Shown here one piece after another: positions 1-11,028 of a stretch of 64,000 bases of DNA; position 1 is the stretch's first letter, and every line of letters begins with the position of its first letter. The notes under the pieces were generated by a model. The model was given only the letters and a program-made list of their open reading frames with translations, had not been told where the DNA came from and did no database searches. Source of the DNA: Betaproteobacteria bacterium RIFCSPLOWO2_02_FULL_67_26 (GTDB lineage Bacteria > Pseudomonadota > Gammaproteobacteria > Burkholderiales > SG8-41); assembly GCA_001771935.1 (NCBI GenBank), contig MERD01000039.1, positions 31,764 through 95,763 of the forward strand, in the 5' to 3' direction. Made by a program: the position numbers and the translations under genes.

Positions 1-384
1 CTCGAGCTCGGGGGTGCAGTTTTTCGGCGAGACGCCGGGAAACTGCGGCAGCTGGCCGACGCCGACGAAGCTGTCGGGCAGCAGCGTGCAGATGCGGTGA
101 ATGAGATCGTTGCAGATCGTCGTCCATTCCCTGCTCACCGCCTCGGTGCCGACGTGGTGCGCCATGCCGCCGGCGCGCGGCGAGAAAATGGTGAGGTCGC
201 CGCCGCGGTCCTTCTGGAACTTGAGCTGCGGCCCGACGCTCTTGACCAGGGTCTCGTCGCTGATCCCGAGGTCGGTCGAGGCCGGCTTGCGCGCGGGATC
301 GGCGAGCCCCGCGAGCTGCTTGTCGCGGAAGGTGTGGAGCGCCGGGGGCTCGGTTGTGTAATGGCCGTGGATGTCTATGATCAT
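1..384 (-). CDS. amidohydrolase-2 family enzyme (LigJ/ACMSD-like hydratase or decarboxylase), first 128 codons only; gene runs off the window start
   Basis: Not in the ORF track because no stop lies in the window. Own translation of the minus strand from ATG (CAT at 382-384) gives MIIDIHGHYTTEPPALHTFRDKQLAGLADPARKP... The N-terminal DxHxH metal motif is typical of amidohydrolase_2. Same strand as, and 33 nt downstream of, the PhtD-like gene. Confidence 0.6.
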   Translation of the reverse strand, partial: MIIDIHGHYTTEPPALHTFRDKQLAGLADPARKPASTDLGISDETLVKSVGPQLKFQKDRGGDLTIFSPRAGGMAHHVGTEAVSREWTTICNDLIHRICTLLPDSFVGVGQLPQFPGVSPKNCTPELE

Positions 385-417
385 TTCGAGTCCGTAACGG
401 GTAAAGGGGTACCGGTT

Positions 418-1416
418 TCAGATCTTAAAGGCTTCCAGGGTCTCCGGCGCAAACATTTCCTCGGGCTCGAGCCGGCGCTTCGACAGCCCCTGCTCGTGGT
501 GGTAGCGCAGGAAGGTGTCGAGCACGTGGCGGTTGCCGTGGAATCCGTACGACCACCAGTCCTCGCCGAACTCGCGCACCGCGTCCTCGACGTGGGCGTT
601 CTGCCACGGCAGCATCGCCTTGTGCGCCGCGGTCTGGCGAAACCCTTCGTAGACGCGGCGCTGCGCGGCGGCGAACGCTTTTTGAAGAGACATGGCGATC
701 CAGCGGTTTTTCTCGTAGACCTCGCGGCGGATCGCGACCACGTGCATGATCGGGAAGATCTTCGTGCGGCGATAGTACTCGCGCTCGACCGCCATGAAAT
801 CCGGAAACAGCCGCTTGACCGCGTCGGGCCTCGAATAGAAGGTCGAAGGGGCGCGCGCCGTGTGCAGCGCGTCGATCTCGCCGTCGGCGATCATCCGGGA
901 CAGCATCTGGTCCGGCCCGATCGGGCGCACCTTGAAATTGGGCGGGAGATCGAGCTTGATCTTCTCGTCGCGCCGGGTCTCTTCCTCGCCGCCGGTCCAG
1001 TATTCGACGCTGTCCGCTTTCACCCCATAGTCGTCCGACAGGATGCCGCGGATCCATACCGGGGCGGTCATCTGGTATTCCGGCGTGCCGATTTTCCTGC
1101 CGAGCAGATCCTTCGGCTCGCGGATGCCGCTTTTCGCCGAGATGAAGATGCACGAATGCCGGAAAAAGCGCGACGGGAAAACCGGGATCGCGATGAACGG
1201 CGGCGGGTCGCGATGGAGCGACACCGTGTACGACGACATCGACATTTCCGAAGCGTCGAACTCGCGGTAGCGCGCCATCCGGAAGAAGGTCTCCTCGACC
1301 GGCAGCTCGAGCACGTTCAGCTCGATGCCGTCCGGCCGCACCGACCCGTCGGCGAGCGCCCGGGTGCGGTCGTAGTCCCAGACGGACAGGGTCAGGCGCA
1401 GCTTGGCCTTGGCCAT
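418..1416 (-). CDS. 4,5-dihydroxyphthalate decarboxylase-like protein (PhtD family)
   Basis: Last 332 codons of ORF 418..1992. Start taken at ATG 1416 (MAKAKLRLTLSVWDYDRTRALADGSV...). The sequence resembles PhtD-type decarboxylases. The upstream part of the ORF is Arg/Gly/Ala-rich shadow that overlaps the next gene. Confidence 0.7.
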   Translation of the reverse strand: MAKAKLRLTLSVWDYDRTRALADGSVRPDGIELNVLELPVEETFFRMARYREFDASEMSMSSYTVSLHRDPPPFIAIPVFPSRFFRHSCIFISAKSGIREPKDLLGRKIGTPEYQMTAPVWIRGILSDDYGVKADSVEYWTGGEEETRRDEKIKLDLPPNFKVRPIGPDQMLSRMIADGEIDALHTARAPSTFYSRPDAVKRLFPDFMAVEREYYRRTKIFPIMHVVAIRREVYEKNRWIAMSLQKAFAAAQRRVYEGFRQTAAHKAMLPWQNAHVEDAVREFGEDWWSYGFHGNRHVLDTFLRYHHEQGLSKRRLEPEEMFAPETLEAFKI

Positions 1417-1442
1417 GGGCCGGGGTGGCGACTGACGGCTGC

Positions 1443-2732
1443 TTATACCGTCACGGGCTCGGTGCCGAGCGGGCGGAACAAGCCTTCCCAGGCGCCGTCC
1501 TTGAACTTGACGTTCCTGGCCAGCTCGATCGCGCAGGAACGGACGCGCTGCGTGTCGGGCTTGAGCCCCGGCAGCGGCTTGCCGTCGCGGTTGTCCTTCG
1601 CCGCCTTGAGCAGCAGCCGCCGCGTCATGATGATGCCGTTGTCCGTCGAGCACAGGTTTTCCTTCGAGCGATCCTGCACCGGGCCCATGCTCTCCTGCAG
1701 CGACGCGTCCTGCATCGCGATGCCCTCGATGCCGCTGTAGTTGATCCCCGACTTCTGCGTGCTGCGGTCCATCAGGTAATCGTTGCCCTTGTTGGCGAGC
1801 GGCATGAAGGTGCCGGGCACGTACTTGACGTGTATCCCCCTCCCCTCCTTCATCGCCTTGAGCTCGGGCTCCGTCAGCGCGCGCTTCGGATGGTAGTTGA
1901 TGGACCACGCCCAGCAGTTCTCGTCGTCGATCGGCACCCAGGCATGGCCGCCGATGGGATGGCCCGCGCGCGGCGGGATGAGCGTATGCCACGGCATGAT
2001 GAAGGGCGTGATCCGCCAGTACCAGCGGTCGTTTTCCGCCCGGCGGCGGGCGCCGATCAGGAGTCCTCCTTCGTATTCGACAACCTCGAAGTGCGGCATG
2101 CGGTCGGTCAGGTTGTAGGTGTTCGCCCGCTTGCCCTCCTTGAACAGGGGGTCACGGTTCAGCGCGCCGCTGTGCAGGAACGAGACATGGCTCGAATCGA
2201 TGCCGCCCTCGATCGCCTGGAGGTAATTGCATTCCTGGAGGCGCTTCGAGGCGAAGCGGTTCGCGGCCGGCACCAGCGTCCACTCGAGCGCCGGCGGCTC
2301 CGGCTGCAGTTCCGGCGGCCCCATGTAGGCCCAGATCACGCCGCCCTGCTCGATACCGGGATAGGATTTCAATTTGATGCGCTGGCGCATGCCGGTCTCC
2401 TCCGGCTCGGAGGGCAGGTCCACGCACTGCCCGTTTACGTCGTACTTCCAGCCGTGGTACGGGCAGCGCAGCCCGCATTCCTCGTTGCGGCCGAACCAGA
2501 GCGACACGCCGCGATGCGCGCAGAATTCCTCGATCAGCCCGAGCCGGCCCTCCGAGTCGCGAAAGGCGACCAGCTTCTCGCCCAGCAGCTGCACGCGCAC
2601 GGGCGGACCGTCCGGCTCGGCGACTTCCTCCGCCAGCAACGCGGGTATCCAGTAGCGCCGGAAAAGATCGCCCAGCAGCGTGCCGGGCCCGGTGCGCGTC
2701 AATTGCTCGTTCTGTTCCCTGGTCATTGCCAT
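1443..2732 (-). CDS. Rieske (2Fe-2S) ring-hydroxylating oxygenase, alpha-only (phthalate-family) type
   Basis: ORF 1443..2756. Rieske motif CAHRGVSLWFGRNEECGLRCPYHGWKYD and mononuclear iron motif EGGIDSSHVSFLH. Start moved to ATG 2732 (MAMTREQ) because AAGGAG lies 6 nt upstream. No beta subunit is adjacent. Confidence 0.85.
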   Translation of the reverse strand: MAMTREQNEQLTRTGPGTLLGDLFRRYWIPALLAEEVAEPDGPPVRVQLLGEKLVAFRDSEGRLGLIEEFCAHRGVSLWFGRNEECGLRCPYHGWKYDVNGQCVDLPSEPEETGMRQRIKLKSYPGIEQGGVIWAYMGPPELQPEPPALEWTLVPAANRFASKRLQECNYLQAIEGGIDSSHVSFLHSGALNRDPLFKEGKRANTYNLTDRMPHFEVVEYEGGLLIGARRRAENDRWYWRITPFIMPWHTLIPPRAGHPIGGHAWVPIDDENCWAWSINYHPKRALTEPELKAMKEGRGIHVKYVPGTFMPLANKGNDYLMDRSTQKSGINYSGIEGIAMQDASLQESMGPVQDRSKENLCSTDNGIIMTRRLLLKAAKDNRDGKPLPGLKPDTQRVRSCAIELARNVKFKDGAWEGLFRPLGTEPVTV

Positions 2733-2748
2733 GCTTCGCTCCTTCCGC

Positions 2749-3075
2749 TCATTCATGCTCCGCCGGATCGATGCAGACGTTGCCGTCCACCACCTGCGCG
2801 CTCCACATCTTCAACGGCTCCGTGGCCGGCGCGCAGGTCGCTCTTCCGGTCGGGACATGGAATCGTCCCTGGTGAAACGGGCACTCGACCTCGTCGTCGA
2901 GCACGTAGCCCTCGGACAGCGAGCCCGGGCCGTGCGTGCATTCGTCCTGGGTGACATAGATCCGGCCCTCGATGTTGAAGACGGCGTAGCTGCAGCCGGC
3001 ATTTTCCGCGCGCACCGCGCACCCCGGGGCCACGTCCGAGACACCGCACAGCGGCACCAGTTTGCCGTCCTTCAT
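2749..3075 (-). CDS. Rieske-type [2Fe-2S] ferredoxin component
   Basis: ORF 2749..3114. CTHGPGSLSEGY...CPFHQGRFH provides the CxH and CxxH ligand pairs. About 108 aa. Start taken at ATG 3075 (MKDGKLVPL); GTG 3114 is also possible. Confidence 0.75.
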   Translation of the reverse strand: MKDGKLVPLCGVSDVAPGCAVRAENAGCSYAVFNIEGRIYVTQDECTHGPGSLSEGYVLDDEVECPFHQGRFHVPTGRATCAPATEPLKMWSAQVVDGNVCIDPAEHE

Positions 3076-3189
3076 AGCTGGCGCGTATTTTACCTCGCCG
3101 CCGCAGGTGGACACCGTTGTTCCGCATGGGAGAACCGGGATGGCTGGATCGCGATCGCATTTTAAGCCCGGAACGTGCAGCGTTGTTGA

Positions 3190-5650
<2,461 letters not shown>

Positions 5651-5651
<1 letters not shown>

Positions 5652-6796
5652 CACCGTCTTTCCTGGATCGACCCCCGATGGTGGGCGTAGCCCCCGCCCA
5701 GCATCAGCGCCGAATTGGCGAGGAACACGGGCACCAGCCCCAGCGCCGAGCCGATCGAGCCGAAAGCGAGCGGGATCACCATGTGGGTCAGGTTGACCAG
5801 CGAGAAGCGCAGCCCCAGGGCCTCGCCCGCGCGGCCCGCCGGCGCCCGGTTGTAGGTCATGATGACCGAGAGCGGCTGCCCGACGCCGAGCCCCAGCCCG
5901 AGGACGAAAGAGAGCAGCAGCAGGAGACCGACCTGCTCGACGAACGGGAACAGCAGAAAGGTCGCACCCGCGAGCAGCATCGAAACGGTCATCAGGGTGT
6001 CCTCGCCCAGGCGGCGCACCAACAGCGGCAGCGTGGTGCGCACCACGAACGTCGCGGCGGCATGAGCGCCGAGCACGACCCCGATCATCGTGGCGGAAAG
6101 GCCGATGGCGTGTCCGTAGATCGGCGTGTAAAACATATAGAGGTCGACGGCCGCGACCACCAGTCCGCTCGCGATGATCACCCGGCGCAGAGCCGGCCGC
6201 GCCAGCAGGTCGGACACGCCGGTGGCCGACTCCGGCTTGGCCGTCCTCGGCGAATGCGGAATCAAGCGGCGGCAGGCGATCCACGCGACGCAAGAGAAGG
6301 CGACGATCAGCGCGAGGGCGAGAAACGTCCGCACGTGCCCCTGGTAGTCGATCGAAATCCCGACCAGCAGCGGCCCGATCATGGCGCCGAGCGCGATGGC
6401 TAGGCTCTGGAGGCTCACGTTGCGGGTACGGGCTTCGGCCTCCCCGAGCGAGGCGACCAGGTGTTGCAGCGCGATGTTCAGAAACACCAGCGCGATGCCG
6501 ATGATCAGCGCCGCGACATAGAGCACCCCGAGCCGGGGGAAAAAGTACGGGACGGCCAACCCGAACGCCAGCCCGGCGGACCCCAGCACGATGGGCCGGT
6601 AACTCCCCACGCGGTCGGCGACCCGGCCGGCCCGCAGGGAGAGCAGCAGCGGGCCGAGCCCGTAGAGCGCAATCAGCAGGCCGATTGCCGCGGCGGATGC
6701 GCCCAACTCGATGGCGTACAGCGACATCAGCACGCGGCTGCTCATGAAGCACATCCAGTTGAGCAGGCCGAGAAAAAGGATAAGGTAGATAATCAT
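5651..6796 (-). CDS. MFS transporter (tandem paralog)
   Basis: ORF 5651..6796. Clearly paralogous to the downstream MFS gene (VLMSLYAIELGAS versus VLMSLFAIDLGAS). Its TGA stop overlaps the next ATG (TGATG). Confidence 0.8.
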
Positions 6797-6901
6797 CGAA
6801 ACGGCGCAGAGGGCCGCCGGGCGCCGCGAAAACGCGCTATTCTAGCGTAAGGGTTGTCCTCCTCAGCCATCCAACAGTTCACAGTCAGGAAAGGAACACG
6901 C

Positions 6902-7783
6902 ATGCAGATTCGCAATGTCGGCGTCGTCAGTCCGGGCGACATGGGCCAGGCGATCTCCGGCCGCCTCAAGGAAGCCGGTCTCAACGTTTACACCGCGCTC
7001 GATGGCCGCAGCGAGCGCACCCAGGCGCTTGCACGCGCCGCAGGGCTCACCGATTGCGGCTCGATGGAACAGCTCGTCTCGACCTGCGAGCTGGTGCTCT
7101 CGGTCATCAACCCCGGAGCAGCGCTGACCGTGGCCCGCCAGGTCGCCGCCGCCATGAAGAAGACGGGGCGCAAGGCCGCTTTTGCCGATCTCAACGCGGT
7201 CTCGCCGCAGACGGCGCGGGACGCGGACCGCATGATCCGCGAGGCGGGCGGCCTGTTCATCGACGGCGGCATCATCGGCCCGCCACCGCGTAGCGAGAAG
7301 GACAAGCCGCGCCTCTACGTCTCGGGGCCCGACGCCTACCTCATGGAGCAAATCGTCCACCCCAATCTCCTGGTGCGGGTAATGTCCGAGCGCATCGGCG
7401 ACGCCTCGGGGGTCAAGATGTGCTACGCCGCGATGACCAAGGGCACGACCGCCCTCGCGGTGGAGCTGCTGGTGGCCGCGCGCAAGCTCGGCGTCGAGCA
7501 GGCGCTGGAGAAGGAATTGCGGGAGAGCCGCAACGATGTTTTCGACTGGCAGATGAAGAACATCGCCACCATGCCGCCCAAGGCTTACCGCTGGGTGCCG
7601 GAGATGCAGGAGATCGCCAAGACCTTCGGCGAGCTGGGCCTCACGCGCCGCATCTTCGAAGGCGCGACCGATATCTACGGGATGGTCGCGGAAACCGCGC
7701 TCGGCAAGGAGAGCCCGGAGCAGGCGCGCAAGGCCGGGCGCACCGGCCTCGACGTGACACGGGGGCTGGCCGACGGCAAGTAG
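6902..7783 (+). CDS. NAD(P)-binding 6-phosphogluconate-dehydrogenase-like oxidoreductase
   Basis: ORF 6854..7783. Start ATG 6902 (MQIRNVGVVSPGDMGQAISGRL, a Rossmann GxxGxG-like motif). The C-terminal half resembles DUF1932-type domains. Confidence 0.65.
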   Translation: MQIRNVGVVSPGDMGQAISGRLKEAGLNVYTALDGRSERTQALARAAGLTDCGSMEQLVSTCELVLSVINPGAALTVARQVAAAMKKTGRKAAFADLNAVSPQTARDADRMIREAGGLFIDGGIIGPPPRSEKDKPRLYVSGPDAYLMEQIVHPNLLVRVMSERIGDASGVKMCYAAMTKGTTALAVELLVAARKLGVEQALEKELRESRNDVFDWQMKNIATMPPKAYRWVPEMQEIAKTFGELGLTRRIFEGATDIYGMVAETALGKESPEQARKAGRTGLDVTRGLADGK

Positions 7784-8698
7784 CTAGATCCGGTACATCG
7801 ACCTCCGGTCGCGCGCAAACGTAATCACCTCGGCCGGTCGTTCGACGCGGCTGCGCCCGACACAGATCTGGCCGGTGCCGTCCAGCAGCAGCTCCCGGCG
7901 CAGCACGTGCACCTCCTCCCCGCTCTCCAGCGAGACGAAGGAGCCGTTGATGCTGTGGTCGAACAGGTAGAAATGGGTCCGCACCAGCTTGATGGTCAGG
8001 TGCTGGCGCGAGGCGAACTTGTCGAGTACCACCAGCTCGCACTCCTTCGAGCGGCCGATCACCACGCTGGTGCGCCACTGGTCCACGCGCACGCGCTCCT
8101 CGTCCAGCGTCACCACCAGGCTGCCGGTGTCGCTCGGGATGATCTTGTTGGAGCGCAGGTTGACGTCGGTCAGGTCGATATGGTCCGTGCGCCAAAGCAC
8201 CTGGAACACCGTGGACTCCTCCTGGGAGCCCTTCAATACGGTGTGAAAGATCGGGCGGACGCAGGTCTTGAGCGCGGCCGACAGGCACCGCTCGGTGGCC
8301 TCGGTGGTGAGGATCTGCTCCGCGGTGGCCGTCGCGGCGAGATACGCGGCGACGTTCACCGTGTCGCCGAACACGTCGCCGTCTTCCACCAGCACCCGGC
8401 CGTAGTGGAGCCCGACGTGGATCGAGACCGGGTAGTTGCCCGGCCGGGTGGCGGCGACCTGCGCCTGCATGTCGCTCGCGGCAAGCACGGCGAGATCCGC
8501 GTTGGGAAAAACGCACATGACTTCGTCGCCGATGGTCTTCACCAGCCGCCCGTCGTGGCGCCCGAGTATGCCGGTGACGAGCGACAGGCAGGCGTTGACG
8601 ATGTTGCGGGCGGCGGCGTCGCCGAGCTTCTGGTAGAGGCTGGTGCTTTCGCTGATGTCGGCGAACAACACCGCCAGGGTCCGGTCCTGCCTTGCCAT
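7784..8698 (-). CDS. class III nucleotidyl cyclase domain fused to a C-terminal FHA domain
   Basis: ORF 7784..8698. Cyclase motifs LFADISESTS, KTIGDEVMCVF and GDTVNVAAY. FHA signature GRSKECELVV..SRQHL..NGSFV. Starts 3 nt after the pcm stop. Confidence 0.8.
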   Translation of the reverse strand: MARQDRTLAVLFADISESTSLYQKLGDAAARNIVNACLSLVTGILGRHDGRLVKTIGDEVMCVFPNADLAVLAASDMQAQVAATRPGNYPVSIHVGLHYGRVLVEDGDVFGDTVNVAAYLAATATAEQILTTEATERCLSAALKTCVRPIFHTVLKGSQEESTVFQVLWRTDHIDLTDVNLRSNKIIPSDTGSLVVTLDEERVRVDQWRTSVVIGRSKECELVVLDKFASRQHLTIKLVRTHFYLFDHSINGSFVSLESGEEVHVLRRELLLDGTGQICVGRSRVERPAEVITFARDRRSMYRI

Positions 8699-8701
8699 GT
8701 C

Positions 8702-9388
8702 TCAGGCGACGCCGACCGTCCTGCCGGGATCCTCCAGCTCCGAGAATCTCACCGGAAGGATTTCGCGCGTGGAAAGGCTGCCCGAAGCCGACTTCTCCAC
8801 GAGAATGAGCGTCTGCTTGTCCGGTATTCCGGTCGGGATCACCATGCGGCCGCCCGCCTTGAGCTGGGACAGCAGCGGCGGCGGGATGAGGTCGGACGCG
8901 GCCGTCACCATGATCCTGTCGTACGGCGCCCGCTCCGGCCAGCCGTAGTAGCCGTTCGCGACACGGACTTCGACGTTCTCGTAGCCGAGCCGCTTGAGCC
9001 TTCGATGCGCGCCCTGCGCCAGTTCCTCGATGATATCCACGCTGTACACGTTTTTCGTGAGTTCCGCCAGTATCGCAGCCTGGTAGCCGGCGCCGGCGCC
9101 GATTTCGAGTACCACGTCGTCCGGGCCAGCATCGAGCAGGTCCGTCATCAATGCAACGATGAACGGTTGCGACACGGTCTTCTCGTAGCCGATGGGCAGC
9201 GGCCGGTTGAGGTAGGCGTAGGGCTGCAGCTCCACCGGCACGAACTCGTGGCGCGGCATCTTGCCGATGACGTGCAGCACACGCTGGCTGAAGGCGACAC
9301 GCCCCGTGTGACCCGCCGTGAGCACGGCCTCCGTCACGATCTCGGCCAGCATCTGCCGGCGCAGGTTTTCGAACGAGTCCCCGGCCAT
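8702..9388 (-). CDS. pcm: protein-L-isoaspartate O-methyltransferase
   Basis: ORF 8702..9388. SAM motif VLEIGAGAGYQAAILAEL, substrate motif TVSQPFIVALM. 228 aa. Confidence 0.85.
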   Translation of the reverse strand: MAGDSFENLRRQMLAEIVTEAVLTAGHTGRVAFSQRVLHVIGKMPRHEFVPVELQPYAYLNRPLPIGYEKTVSQPFIVALMTDLLDAGPDDVVLEIGAGAGYQAAILAELTKNVYSVDIIEELAQGAHRRLKRLGYENVEVRVANGYYGWPERAPYDRIMVTAASDLIPPPLLSQLKAGGRMVIPTGIPDKQTLILVEKSASGSLSTREILPVRFSELEDPGRTVGVA

Positions 9389-9404
9389 TGAGGCATGGTA
9401 CTAC

Positions 9405-9439
9405 AGTGACCAGTGACGAGTGGCGACTGACGAGCGGCA
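9405..9439 (+). repeat. five tandem heptamers AGTGACC AGTGACG AGTGGCG ACTGACG AGCGGCA
   Basis: Read directly in the pcm/nfi divergent spacer. Followed by the hairpin GCCGATT..AATCGGC at 9440-9470. Shares the 13-mer GTGGCGACTGACG with 1425-1437. Confidence 0.8.
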
Positions 9440-9482
9440 GCCGATTGGTGCCGGATTGATCCGAATCGGCCATCATGGGCGC

Positions 9483-10184
9483 ATGCGAAAGTTGCGCCAT
9501 TCGTGGAACCTGACACCGGGCGCGGCGATCCGGCTCCAGCACCGGCTGCGCTCCAGAGTGGTCCGCCTCGGCCGGCTGCGGGAAGTCCGCCACGTCGCGG
9601 GCACCGACGTGGGTTTCGAGCGCGGGGGCCGGATCGCCCGTGCCGCGGTCGCGGTCTTGTCGTTTCCCGAGCTGAAGCTCGTGGACTATGCGATCGCCCG
9701 CCTGCCCGCGCGCTTTCCCTACGTGCCGGGCCTGCTGTCGTTCCGCGAGATGCCGGCGCTGCTCCGGGCGCTCGACCATCTGCGGGTCCGGCCGGACCTG
9801 CTCCTGTGCGATGGCCAGGGCGTCGCGCATCCGCGCCGCTTCGGCATCGCCAGCCACTTGGGCGTATTCTGCGGGATTCCGAGCATCGGTGTCGCCAAGT
9901 CACGATTGATCGGCGAGCACGGCCAGCCGCTGCAGCGGCGCGGCGCCTGGGTTCCGCTCGAGGACAACGGTGAGACCATCGGCGCGGTGCTCCGCACGAA
10001 GGCAAACACGCAACCGGTGTACGTGTCCACCGGACACCGCGTGAGCCTGCCCATCGCGGTACGCTACGTGATGGCCTGCACGACGAAATTCCGCCTGCCC
10101 GAGACGACGCGCTGGGCGCACCGGCTAGCGTCGGGGCGCGAGCCTTTCAGGGATGAGGGCGGAGGGATGAGGGATGAGGGATAA
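9483..10184 (+). CDS. nfi: endonuclease V
   Basis: ORF 9420..10184. From ATG 9483 ([10 protein letters not shown]..) it is collinear with Nfi: [45 protein letters not shown]. The GTG at 9420 lies inside the heptamer array and is judged spurious. Confidence 0.85.
   Translation: MRKLRHSWNLTPGAAIRLQHRLRSRVVRLGRLREVRHVAGTDVGFERGGRIARAAVAVLSFPELKLVDYAIARLPARFPYVPGLLSFREMPALLRALDHLRVRPDLLLCDGQGVAHPRRFGIASHLGVFCGIPSIGVAKSRLIGEHGQPLQRRGAWVPLEDNGETIGAVLRTKANTQPVYVSTGHRVSLPIAVRYVMACTTKFRLPETTRWAHRLASGREPFRDEGGGMRDEG
10150..10184 (+). repeat. five tandem heptamers GGGATGA GGGCGGA GGGATGA GGGATGA GGGATAA
   Basis: Read directly. Encodes the last 11 codons ([11 protein letters not shown]) and the TAA stop of nfi. 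Confidence 0.85.
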
Positions 10185-10213
10185 TTGCGGCTGAACACCC
10201 GTGGAGCCCTCCT

Positions 10214-11020
10214 ATGGCGGCACAAAACGAGACCAACAACCTGGCGCTATTCTGCGATTTCGAGAACGTCGCGCTTGGCGTGCGCGAGGCGCGCTACGCC
10301 GATTTTGACGTCAAGAAGGTGCTGGAGCGCCTGCTGCTCAAGGGCAGCATCGTCGTGAAGAAAGCCTATTGCGACTGGGACCGCTACAAGGACTTCAAGA
10401 AAGCGATGCACGAAGCGGCGTTCGAGCTGATCGAGATCCCGCACGTGCGCATGTCCGGCAAGAATTCGGCGGACATCCGCATGGTGGTGGACGCCCTCGA
10501 CCTCTGCTACACCAAGTCGCACGTGGACACGTTCGTGATCATCAGCGGCGATTCGGATTTCTCGCCCCTGGTCTCCAAGCTGCGCGAGAACGACAAGATC
10601 GTCATCGGCGTGGGGGTCAAGAAGTCCTCCTCCGATCTCCTCATCGCGAATTGCGACGAATTCATCTTTTACGACGACCTGGTGCGCGAGAAGCCGAAAA
10701 AGCATTCGCGCCGCAAGCCGACGGTCGCGCCGGACGCGGCCAGGGCGCCGACGGCGGAGGGTGACAAGAGGCAGGAGGCGCTGGATCTCGTGATGGAGAC
10801 CGTCGAGGCGCTCGTCGCCGAACGCGGATCGGACGAAAAGATCTGGGGCTCGATGGTGAAGCAGGCGCTGAAGCGCCGGCACCCCGGCTTCAACGAGTCC
10901 TACTATGGCTTTCGATCGTTCGGGAAGCTGCTCGACGAGGCGGAAGCCCGCAAGCTCCTCACGCTCGAGCACGACGAGAAATCGGGCGGCGTCATCATCA
11001 AGAGCTTCAATTCCGACTGA
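10214..11020 (+). CDS. NYN (LabA-like) nuclease domain protein with C-terminal OST-HTH/LOTUS domain
   Basis: ORF 10214..11020. NYN acidic motifs LFCDFENV and IISGDSDFSPLV. The C-terminal part (...WGSMVKQALKRRHPGFNESYYGFRSFGKLL) is typical of OST-HTH domains. Confidence 0.8.
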   Translation: MAAQNETNNLALFCDFENVALGVREARYADFDVKKVLERLLLKGSIVVKKAYCDWDRYKDFKKAMHEAAFELIEIPHVRMSGKNSADIRMVVDALDLCYTKSHVDTFVIISGDSDFSPLVSKLRENDKIVIGVGVKKSSSDLLIANCDEFIFYDDLVREKPKKHSRRKPTVAPDAARAPTAEGDKRQEALDLVMETVEALVAERGSDEKIWGSMVKQALKRRHPGFNESYYGFRSFGKLLDEAEARKLLTLEHDEKSGGVIIKSFNSD

Positions 11021-11028
11021 AGCGAGGC

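Noticed and set aside
3151-3158. GCGATCGC (the HIP1 palindrome of cyanobacteria), also seen at roughly 9691, 38211, 56566 and 60106.
   Set aside because: About five copies in 64 kb, against roughly two expected from base composition. This is not a convincing over-representation, and the gene content is not cyanobacterial.
7784-8698. Cyclase considered as a CBASS or Pycsar signalling cyclase.
   Set aside because: It has a class III cyclase fold with purine-type Lys/Asp specificity residues and an FHA sensor domain. No adjacent effector (TM, TIR, nuclease or phospholipase) is present, and the neighbour is pcm.
10150-10184. Possible CRISPR array or minisatellite, suggested by the short tandem repeats.
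   Set aside because: The units are only 7-8 nt and directly abutting with no spacers, the arrays total 35 nt or less, and no cas genes are present. Recorded as repeats, not CRISPR.
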